The position numbers and the translations under genes are program-made. 64,000 nt of DNA, taken from the NCBI GenBank assembly GCA_963810165.1, contig CAWEMG010000017.1, forward strand, positions 7,229-71,228. The letters run 5' to 3'. This document shows, piece by piece, positions 51,332 to 59,915 of this stretch (the first letter of the stretch is position 1; every line of letters begins with the position of its first letter). The notes below the pieces were generated by a model. That model saw nothing but the letters and a program-made list of their open reading frames with translations, did not search any database and was not told the DNA's origin. The stretch comes from an uncultured Gemmatimonadales bacterium (GTDB taxonomy: Bacteria > Gemmatimonadota > Gemmatimonadetes > Gemmatimonadales > GWC2-71-9).

Positions 51332-51503
51332 AAGGAGGGAGGAAGGACGGGAAGGACGGGAAGACGGGAAGGACGGGAATGAGGGACCTCACGGCGAGAA
51401 TCCATCGCTCCTTGCCTGAGTCCTTCCCTGCTCTTCCCGCTATGCCAGGCTTTCCCGCCTCTCCCGTCCTGCCCGTCGTTCCCGTCCTCCCTGTCCCTCC
51501 CCT
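51331..51503. repeat. long hairpin with tandem-repeat arms, (GGAAGGACG)n
   Basis: Left arm 51331-51386 carries four 9-nt units. Right arm 51452-51502 is its imperfect reverse complement. Loop about 65 nt. Lies between convergent genes. Confidence 0.7.
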
Positions 51504-51504
51504 A

Positions 51505-52409
51505 TCACCCGCTTCTCCTGCCGCACCCGAATCGCTCCCGGCTCCGGCTCGATCCCCTCACCCCGCTTCTCGGCCCAGGTCTCGGTAAACTCGGCGCCGA
51601 ACAGCACGATGAGGCCGAGTAATAGATCCAGAGCAGCAACACGATCAGAGATCCCGCCGCCCCATAGGCCTCACCCGGGTTGCTCTGTCCGATGTAGAGA
51701 CCGATCAGATACTTGCCCACGACGAAAGAGGATTCCGGTGACGAACGCCGCCGACCAACGCGCTCCTCCAGGCAACCTTGGCGTCGGGCAGCACCTTGAA
51801 CATCGCGGCGAACAGGAGGCTGATCACCGCGAAGGAGACCACGATATTCACGACATGAAGTACTCCCTCGGACAGTCCTGCCGGCAGAAACCGACGACAG
51901 CTGTCGCCCACCCCGGAGAGCATGGTGCTGACCACCAGCGACACCATGAGAAGAAATGCGATCGAGAGCAGCATGCCGAGCGAGAAGAGCCGCTTCGTGA
52001 GAAAGCTCTTGATCCCACCCTGCTTCGGGTCCGGCGCCACGTCCCAGGCCCGATTCAGTGCCGCCTGAAGCTGGCCCATGGCGCCGGTGGCACCGAAGAT
52101 CAGCGCAACGATCCCGACGAGCGTAGGAATCAGCCCGCCGCCCGGCCGCTCGGTCTCCTGGAGAATCGTGCGGACCTCGCCGCCCGCGCTCGGCCCCATC
52201 AGGGACTGGAGCTGAGACTCGAGACCTCCCTGGACATCGCTCGGATCCATGACCGAGCTGACCACCAGCATCAGCAGCATCAGGATGGCGGGGAGAGAGA
52301 ACACCGTATAGTAGGAAAGCGCGGCCGCGGACGTCATGCAATCGTCTTCCATGAAATCCTTGAAGCCTTGCTTGAAGATGCCGAATACTCCGGGTTTTGA
52401 ATCGCCCAT
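51505..52409 (-). CDS. YihY/BrkB-family membrane protein, two frameshifts; 3' end uncertain
   Basis: MTSAAALSYYTVFSLPAILML, GATGAMGQLQAALNRAW, then VVGKYLIGLYIGQSNPGEAYGAAGSLIVLLLWIYYSA and IVLFGAEFTETWAE in other frames. Confidence 0.75.
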
Positions 52410-53226
52410 CTTGGTTCCTGGGGGTTAGGGTGTGACCTGGGTCGCCCAGTGCGACGGGAGCAAGATGGGTGGGCCGGGTCGCCGGGTAAGTGACCAGAGT
52501 CACGGGTGCTCTCCGCCCCGCGGGTAGCTCCAGAGGACGGGCGGATCCTGGATTGTGCGACTATTTTTAGTCGATGCCCCTGTCCGCTTTTCATCCCGTC
52601 GTCGCCCGCTGGTTCGAACAGAAGTTCGGCGAGCCCACCCCTCCGCAACGCCTTGGCTGGCAAGCCATTCGGGAGGGCCGGCACACCCTCATTGCGGCCC
52701 CGACCGGGTCCGGAAAGACCCTGGCGGCGTTCCTGGAGGAGCTGGACCGGCTGTTTCGCGAGGGGATGGAGTCCCCCCTGCCGGATGAGACCCGGGTGGT
52801 CTACGTCTCGCCCCTGAAGGCCCTCAGCGCCGACATCCATCTCAACCTGGCCGAGCCCCGCCGGGAGATCCGCCGGCTGGCGGAGGAGATGGGGTACCAG
52901 GCCCCCCGGATCACAGCCGCCATTCGCTCGGGCGACACGCCCACGTCCGAGCGGGCCGCGATGCTGCGAAAGCCCCCTCACATCCTGGTCACCACCCCCG
53001 AGTCGCTCTATCTCATGCTCACGGCCCGGCGAAGCCGCGAGATGCTCCGCACTGTCCGCACCGTGATTGTGGATGAGATCCACGCCGTGCTGGAATCTCG
53101 CCGGGGGGCGCATCTGGCGCTTGACGCTGGAGCGCCTGGCCCACGTCGCCCAGCAGCCGCTGCAGCGGATCGGCCTGTCGGCCACGATGGAGCCGATCGA
53201 CGAGGTCGGACGGTGGCTGGTTGGAG

Positions 53227-53313
53227 GCGGGAACGCGAAACAGCGGAACGAGCGGAACAGGCAGGGCTAACTCACCCCGTCACGACTTCTTCCGCCCTTT
53301 CCGCCTCTCCCGC
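53227..53313. repeat. hairpin element with (AGCGGAACG)n-type arms inside lhr
   Basis: gcgggaacgcgaaacagcggaacgagcggaacagg versus cttcttccgccctttccgcctctcccgc (imperfect reverse complement). Carries TAA 53268-53270 in the incoming lhr frame. Confidence 0.55.
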
Positions 53314-54440
53314 TATCATAAACGCGGGCCACCGCCGCGAAGCTCGACCTCGCCCTCGAGCTCCCCGGCTCCCCCCTCGAAGCGGTCATGTCAGGCGAGG
53401 TGTGGGGCGAGGTGTACGACCGGTTGGCCCAGCTGATCGAGTCGCACAAGACCACGCTCGTATTCGTGAATACCCGCCGGCTGGCGGAGCGGGTCTCTCG
53501 CCACCTGGCCGAACGGGTGGGAGAGGATGCCGTCACCGCACACCATGGCAGTCTCTCCAAGGAGACTCGCCTCGACGCCGAGGAGCGGCTCAAGACCGGC
53601 AAGCTCAAGGCTCTGGTGGCGACCGCCTCCCTCGAGCTCGGCATCGACATCGGCCACGTGGATCTGGTTGCCCAGCTGGGCACGCCGCGGCGGATTTCCA
53701 CCTTCCTGCAGCGGGTGGGTCGCTCGGGGCACACCGTGCATGGCACTCCCAAGGGCCGGCTCTTTCCGCTCAGCCGTGACGAGCTGGTCGAATGCACCGC
53801 CCTGCTCCAGTCGGTTCGGCGGGGACAGCTCGACCGGCTGGTCATTCGGGACAAGCCGCTGGATGTGCTGGCGCAGCAGGTCGTGGCGGAGTCGGCGGGC
53901 GAGGACTGGGATGTCGAGGAGCTGTTCCAGCTGGTCCGGCGGGCCTATCCCTACCGTGACCTTACTCGCGCCGAGTTCGACGAGATCGTTGCGATGCTGG
54001 CCCAGGGCTTCTCGACCAGCCGGGGCCGCCGGGGCGCGCTGATCCATCACGACACGGTGAACGGGAAGATCAAAGCCCGGCGCGGCTCCCGCATGCTCGC
54101 GATTACCTCCGGCGGCGCCATCCCCGATAACTCGGATTTCCGGGTCATTCTCGAGCCGGACAACACCTTCATCGGCACGGTGAACGAGGATTTCGCGGTC
54201 GAGAGTCTCCAGGGCGACATCTTCCAGCTGGGCAATACATCCTGGCGGATTCTGCGGGTTCAGCAGGGAACGGTGCGGGTGGAAGATGCCCACGGCCAGC
54301 CGCCCAGCATTCCGTTCTGGCTGGGCGAGGCACCGGCCCGGAGCAACGAGCTGTCTACCGCGGTGGCGGAGCTCCGGGGAGAGGTGGAGAAGCGGTTGGA
54401 GGACCGGGAGGGAGCGAAGCAGTGGGTCGAAAGTCGCTAC

Positions 54441-54535
54441 TGTTGTCATCCTGAGGGAGCGAGCGACCTGAAGGATCGCCCTGGACCGAGCCAGAGATCC
54501 TTCGCTGCGCTCAGGATGACACCGCTCATCACTAC
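54441..54535. repeat. GTCATCCTGAGC-type palindromic element inserted in lhr
   Basis: Arms 54445-54477 (gtcatcctgagggagcgagcgacctgaaggatc) and 54496-54520 (gatccttcgctgcgctcaggatgac). CTAC at 54437-54440 and 54532-54535. Confidence 0.7.
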
Positions 54536-56503
54536 AGCGCAGCCGCAGCTGCGCATCAACTGGTCGAGTACCTCGGCGAGTCCAAGCGACTGCTGGGCAC
54601 CCTGCCGACCCAGGAGACCATCGTCGCCGAGCGGTTCTTCGACGAAGCCGGCGGGATGCAGCTCGTCATCCACTCGCCCTTCGGGAGCCGAGTGAACCGG
54701 GCCTGGGGACTGGCTCTGCGGAAGCGGTTCTGCCGTCAGTTCAACTTCGAGCTCCAGGCCGCCGCCACCGAAGACGCGCTGCTCCTGTCGCTCGGGCCGC
54801 AGCACTCCTTCCCGCTCGACACGGTCTTCAAGTTTCTCCACCCCGACACGGTGGAGGAGATCCTGGTGCAGGCCCTGCTCGACGCGCCCATGTTCGGGAC
54901 CCACTGGCGCTGGAACGCGACCATCGCGCTGGCAATCGCGCGGAGCCGGAACGGCCGCAAGACTCCGCCCCAGATTCAGCGGATGCAATCCGAGGACCTG
55001 CTGGCCGCGGCATTCCCCCACGCCGTCGCCTGCCTGGAGAACATTCCGGGCGACCGCGAGGTGCCGGATCATCCGCTGGTACGGCAGACGATCGACGACT
55101 GCGTGCACGAGGTGATGGACCTCGAGCTGCTTACGACGGTGCTCCGGAGGATCCAGTCGGGCGAGATCCGCTACGTCGCCCGCGACTTGCCCGAGCCGTC
55201 ACCGCTGACCCACGAGATCCTGAACGCGAGACCCTATGCGTTCCTCGACGATGCACCGGCCGAGGAGCGGCGGACTCTGGCGGTCCACACCCGCCGCGCC
55301 TTCGAGCCCTCGTCCGCCGACGACCTCGGCGCCCTGGACCCGGCCGCGATCGACCGGGTTCGGGACGAGGCCTGGCCCGACCCGCGCGATGCCGACGAGC
55401 TGCACGACGCGCTGCTGACCTCCGGCTTCCTCACCGAAGTGGAAGGGATCTCGGGTCGGGACGGCGTGTCGTGGTTGCCCTGGTTCCAGGAGCTGAAGGA
55501 TGCCGGGCGAGCGGACCGGGTAACCTTGGCCGATGGCGAGGTTCTGTGGGTGGCAACGGAGCGGCTGGGTGAAGTAGGCGGGGCAGCGGGGCAGCGGGGC
55601 AGCTGGGCAGTGGGGCCGTCTCAGAAGAGGCTGCTTCGCGAGCTCTTCAGAGGCAGGCTCGGGATCGTCGGGCCAACCACGGCCGCCATCGCTGGCCGCG
55701 TCGCTGAACGTGGACGAATCCGATGCCGACATCGCTCTGGCGGCGCTGGAGGTCGAGGGTGTGGTCCTCCGCGGCCATTTCAGCCCCCGCAACGGCGGAC
55801 CGGCCACCCTCGAGTGGTGCGACCGCCGTCTGCTGGCGCGGATCCATCGCTACACCCTCAACCGGCTCCGGGCCGAGATCGAGCCGGTCAGCGCGGCTGA
55901 CTTCATGCGCTTCCTGTTCGCGTGGCAGCGGGTGGATCCGGACGAGCACGCCGCCGGGCTGGAAGGTCTCGCCGCCGTGATCACGCAGCTGGACGGCTTC
56001 GAGGTGCCGGCTGCCGCCTGGGAGAGCGAGGTGCTCTCGTCCCGGGTGGCGGAGTACGATCCCACTCTGCTGGACACCCTCTGCATGATGGGGCGGGTGG
56101 CGTGGGGGCGGACAGGCGGGCGGCGCGGACGGCGCGGACGGGCGGTCCGATTCGGTCCACGCCCATTGCGCTATTCCTGCGGGAACACCTGGGCGACTGG
56201 CTGCGGGATAGTCCTGAGGCCGAGTCGCAGCTCTCCAGCTACGCCGGCATCGTGAAGCAGACGTTGGAGCAGCGGGGCGCCTCGTTCTTTCATGAGCTGA
56301 CCGCCATGTCGGGTTTGCTACCAACGCAGGTGGAGCAGGGTTTGAGCGAGCTCGCGGGCCTGGGACTGGTGACCTCCGACAGCTTTGCCGGACTTCGAGC
56401 GCTCATCACGCCTTCGAGCAAGCGCAAGCCGCTGAGCGGCGCAACTCGACGATACCGCACTGCGCCGGTGGGAATCGAAACGGCGGGGCGATGGTCACTG
56501 CTG

Positions 56504-56587
56504 GGCGGGCGGGCGGACAGTCGGACGGAGGGACAGACAAGAATGATCAAGGGGATGACCGTCCGCCCGTCCGTCTGTCCGCCCGTC
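56504..56587. repeat. hairpin with GGGC/GGACNG repeat arms inside lhr
   Basis: ggcgggcgggcggacagtcggacggagggacagac ... gtccgcccgtccgtctgtccgcccgtc, loop about 22 nt. The lhr frame changes across it. Confidence 0.55.
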
Positions 56588-57137
56588 AAACCGAGCTGCT
56601 GGCAAAGACACTGCTCCGCCGCTACGGGGTGGTGTTCAAGCGGCTCCTGGCCCGCGAGACCGGCGCCCCACCCTGGCGCGACCTGCTCATGGTCTATCGC
56701 CGCCTGGAGGCACGGGGCGAGATCCGGGGCGGCCGCTTCGTCGCCGGCATGTCCGGGGAGCAGTTCGCCCTTCCGGAGGCCGTAGGCCAGCTGCGATCAT
56801 TCGGCGCCTGGACGGCGGCGGCCGGCTGATCGCGCTGAGCGCCGCCGATCCGCTCAACCTGACCGGGATCATCACGCCGGGCGACCGGGTCACCGGCATC
56901 ACCCGCAACCGCATTCTCTATCGGGACGGCGTGCCGGTGCTCGCCGCCGAGGCCGGTGGAGATGAGGCCGATCGGCAGCGAGGAGTCGCCTACCCCCGAG
57001 ATGATCCAGGCCCTGGTGCGTAAATCGATCAGCCCGGCGTTGCGGGCGCGACTCGCCATGTCGGGGAACCTGGCCGCCAGCACGCCGCTCAACCGGAAGC
57101 CTGGCAAGCGCCGGACGCGGCCGGAAAAGGTGTCGTC

Positions 57138-57540
57138 TTGATCATTCAGTGGCTCTACGGCTACAGCGACGTCGCCCTGCTCCTGATGCGACTGCTGGTA
57201 GGGCTGGTGTTCGTGACCAGTGGCTGGAGCCACGTGAAGGATCCCGTGGGTCGAGGCCAGAGCATCGGCGCGAGCCCCGGCTTCACCCGCTTTCTCGGAG
57301 TCGCCGAGCTGGCCGGGCGGGCTCGGAGTGGCGTTCGGAGTGCTGACCCAGTTCGCGGCGCTGGGGCTGATCCTGATCATGCTGGGTGCAATCCAGAAGA
57401 AGATCGTCGTCTGGAAGACAGGGTTCTGGGGCAAACACAGCGACGGCTGGCACTACGATCTCATGTTGATCGTCATGTGTCTGGTGATTGCGACGACGGG
57501 CGGAGGCCGGTACGTGTTGGAGTGGGCTATTGGCTATTAG
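57138..57540 (+). CDS. DoxX-family membrane protein, frameshifted
   Basis: LLLMRLLVGLVFVTSGWSHV, then FGVLTQFAALGLILIMLGAIQKKI in ORF 57328..57540. Break about 57320. TTG 57138 overlaps the lhr stop. Confidence 0.7.
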
Positions 57541-57650
57541 CTATTGGCTATTGGCTTTTGCCCTTGCAGCGTCCGACTCTGCACTGCCCGACCTGTGCAT
57601 GAGCATTAGTGCTTTGCGAATAGCGAATAGCCAAATAGCCAATAGCCCAG
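57533..57650. repeat. long hairpin with tandem-repeat arms, (GCTATTG)n
   Basis: Left arm 57533-57571 (tgggctattggctattagctattggctattggcttttgc). Right arm 57612-57650 (gctttgcgaatagcgaatagccaaatagccaatagccca). Loop about 40 nt. Confidence 0.75.
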
Positions 57651-57662
57651 CCGGAGGCTGAC

Positions 57663-58181
57663 ATGACGCGCACTACTGAAACCTGGGAGCTCTCCCAGCT
57701 GCTTCTCGCCGAGCTGGAGCAGGAGGCGCAGGTCACCCGGCGGGTTCTCCAGCGGGTACCGGAGGCCAGTCTGGGCTGGAGGCCTCACCAGCGCTCCTTC
57801 TCGCTGGGCCAGCTGGCCCTGCACGTCGCCATCATTCCGAGTCTGGGCGAGCGGCTCCTGGGGCCCGATGTCTGCGAGCCACCCGAGTTCGTGCAGACCC
57901 AGGCCCGCACCTCGGCCGAGCTGATCAGCGCGCTGGACGAGAGCCTGGCGTCGGCTCGGAGGTTTCTGTCCGAGCTGACGCCCGAGCGAGCCGAGGCAAC
58001 CTGGCGCCTGGCAAGCGGAGGCCGGGAGCTCATGGCGGCGCCCCGGATCACCATGGTGCGCTCCCTCATGTTCAATCACTTGTATCACCATCGCGGGTCA
58101 CTGGTGGTATATCTGAGATTACTCGATGTGCCGCTGCCGCCGGTCTACGGGCCGACGGCGGATGAGAGGATGTTTGGGTAA
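57663..58181 (+). CDS. DinB-family (DinB_2/YfiT-like) protein
   Basis: Four-helix-bundle pattern with HQRSFSLGQLALH and FNHLYHHRGSLVVYLRLL. Confidence 0.75.
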   Translation: MTRTTETWELSQLLLAELEQEAQVTRRVLQRVPEASLGWRPHQRSFSLGQLALHVAIIPSLGERLLGPDVCEPPEFVQTQARTSAELISALDESLASARRFLSELTPERAEATWRLASGGRELMAAPRITMVRSLMFNHLYHHRGSLVVYLRLLDVPLPPVYGPTADERMFG

Positions 58182-58301
58182 GAGTCGCTATAGGCCAGAC
58201 GCTGGTATTGATCAGCTCCGAGGTGTCCTCCGAACCAGCTAGAGACTGGCGACTAGCGACTAATCATAGCTCTATTTCAACCTTTCCCCTGGAGACTCCA
58301 C

Positions 58302-58733
58302 ATGCGCCATCTCGCCTTTACCCTCGCCGGCGTCCTCGCCACCGCGCTGCTCGGCTGTGGTGACCGGAAGAACAACGAAACCGGCGGCGTGAGCGATACG
58401 TCGCTTACGATGCCCACCCCCGAGGTCGAGGAGGCGCCGGTCGAGGCGCGCGACTTCTCGTTCGACGACCGGCAGGGGTTCGCGGAGTCTATCCGGCAGC
58501 AGCTCACGGAGCTGGACACCCAGATCGAGCAGCTGGCGGCGGAGGTGAAGTCGAAGGGCGGCGCGGTGAGCGACCGGGCGGTAGCGCGGATCCGGGAGTC
58601 GCGGAAGGCAGCCGAACGGAGCTTGAGTCGCGTCGACAACGCCACGGCGGACACCTGGGAAGACGTGAAGACGCGGGTGAACCGCTCGGTGGAAGATCTC
58701 GCCGAGGCGGTTGAGGGCGCGATGCCGAAATGA
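58302..58733 (+). CDS. lipoprotein, unknown function
   Basis: MRHLAFTLAGVLATALLGC lipobox; helical Glu/Ala/Arg-rich body. Confidence 0.5.
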   Translation: MRHLAFTLAGVLATALLGCGDRKNNETGGVSDTSLTMPTPEVEEAPVEARDFSFDDRQGFAESIRQQLTELDTQIEQLAAEVKSKGGAVSDRAVARIRESRKAAERSLSRVDNATADTWEDVKTRVNRSVEDLAEAVEGAMPK

Positions 58734-58765
58734 CACCGTTCCGCTCTCTAAATGAAGCGGAAGGT

Positions 58766-58825
58766 GTCACCCTGAGCGCAGCGAAGGGGCCAGAACTGAA
58801 GATCCTTCGCTTCGCTCAGGATGAC
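58766..58825. repeat. GTCATCCTGAGC-type palindromic element
   Basis: gtcaccctgagcgcagcgaagg ... gatccttcgcttcgctcaggatgac, between the lipoprotein gene and the vgb-like gene. Confidence 0.7.
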
Positions 58826-58840
58826 AATCAAGGAGTAACG

Positions 58841-59845
58841 ATGCGATCAATCATTACAGCAGCCATTCTCGCTGCCACCCTGGCACCGGCAACCCAGCTA
58901 GCGGCGCAGGTCCCCATCAAGGAATGGCCGGTCCCTTACGCCGACTCACGCCCGCGCGACCCGTACGTGGACAGCCAGAACCGGGTCTGGTTCGTGGGCC
59001 AGGTCGGCAACTACATCGCCTACCTCGACCCGGCTAGCGGGAAGTTCCGCCGCTATGAGATCGAGGACGGCGCCCTGCCCCATAACCTGATCGTCGACAA
59101 GAAAGACATGATCTGGTACGCCGGGAACGGCAACGGGCACATCGGCAAATTGGATCCGGCCTCGGGTAAGGTCACCCGCTATCCGATGCCGCCCGGGGTG
59201 CGGGATCCCCACACGTTGATCGCCGACGGCAAGGACAACATCTGGTTTACGGCTCAGCAATCGAACTACGTCGGGCGACTCAACACCAAGAGCGGGAAGG
59301 TGGACGTGGTCCAGGTTCCGTCACCCAACGCCCGGCCATATGGGATCGAGGTGGATTCCAAGGGGCGGCCCTGGTTCAACGAGTTCGGCAACGAGAAGAT
59401 CGGCACTGTCGATCCGGCGACGATGAAGATCACCGAGTACTCGATGCCCAACGACCGCTCCCGCGGCCGACGGATCGCGATCACGTCGGACGACCGGATC
59501 TGGTACGTGGACTACACCCGGGGCTACCTCGGCCGGTTCGACCCGGGCTCGAAGCAGTTCAAGGAGTGGGCTCTGCCGGGCGGAGCGGGTGCGCTGCCAT
59601 ACGCGATGTCGATGGACGACAAGGACCGGCTCTGGCTGGTGGAGACCGGATCGCAGCCGAACCGGTTCGTGGGGTTCGACCCGAAGACAGAGAAGTTCTT
59701 TGGCATCACGCCGGTGCCGAGCGGGGGCGGCACGGTGCGGCATATGATGTTCGACGAGAAGAGCGGGCAGATCTGGTTCGGAACCGACAACAACACCGTC
59801 GGGCGGGCAGAGGTGACGGCGGCGAACTCGCCGCCGTCATCCTGA
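58841..59845 (+). CDS. Vgb-like (streptogramin-lyase-type) beta-propeller protein, secreted
   Basis: AAGGAG 58830-58835, ATG 58841, signal peptide. Repeated blades (PHNLIVDKKDMIWYAG, PHTLIADGKDNIWFT, PYGIEVDSKGRPWFNE, RIAITSDDRIWYVD, PYAMSMDDKDRLWLVE). Confidence 0.7.
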   Translation: MRSIITAAILAATLAPATQLAAQVPIKEWPVPYADSRPRDPYVDSQNRVWFVGQVGNYIAYLDPASGKFRRYEIEDGALPHNLIVDKKDMIWYAGNGNGHIGKLDPASGKVTRYPMPPGVRDPHTLIADGKDNIWFTAQQSNYVGRLNTKSGKVDVVQVPSPNARPYGIEVDSKGRPWFNEFGNEKIGTVDPATMKITEYSMPNDRSRGRRIAITSDDRIWYVDYTRGYLGRFDPGSKQFKEWALPGGAGALPYAMSMDDKDRLWLVETGSQPNRFVGFDPKTEKFFGITPVPSGGGTVRHMMFDEKSGQIWFGTDNNTVGRAEVTAANSPPSS

Positions 59846-59915
59846 GCAATCACTGTCATCCTGAGCAATCACTGTCATCCTGAGCGCAGCGAAGGATCCC
59901 TCCGAGTGGGATGAC
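59836..59915. repeat. GTCATCCTGAGC-type element with triplicated left arm
   Basis: 19-nt unit gtcatcctgagcaatcact at 59836-59854 and 59855-59873. Full left arm 59874-59899. Degenerate right arm to 59915. Confidence 0.7.

Larger units (their letters stand above)
52574..57141 (+). pseudogene. lhr: large ATP-dependent helicase Lhr (about 1,520 codons; at least 9 frame changes and 2-3 hairpin insertions as assembled)
   Basis: AAPTGSGKTLAAFL (I), VIVDEIHA (II), GLSAT (III), [47 protein letters not shown] (VI). Lhr-specific blocks [71 protein letters not shown]. Homology hops through ORFs starting at 52574, 53067, 53388, 54656, 55710, 55922, 56491 and 56956. Confidence 0.9.

Noticed and set aside
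51341-51375. Short tandem repeats (also 57536-57570) as a possible CRISPR array
   Set aside because: Units are 7-9 nt and contiguous, without spacers, and they form the arms of hairpins. No cas genes are present.
53391-54449. 352-aa minus-strand ORF
   Set aside because: Antisense to conserved Lhr helicase blocks and has no motifs.
55580-56160. (GGGGCAGC)3 at 55580-55615 and (GGCGCGGAC)2 plus partner at 56122-56160, considered as further insertion elements in lhr
   Set aside because: The encoded segments ([13 protein letters not shown]; WGRTGGRRGRRGRAGGPIRSTPIALF) fit the linker lengths I recall for Lhr homologues. They are more likely native low-complexity coding sequence, with one simple indel near 56140.
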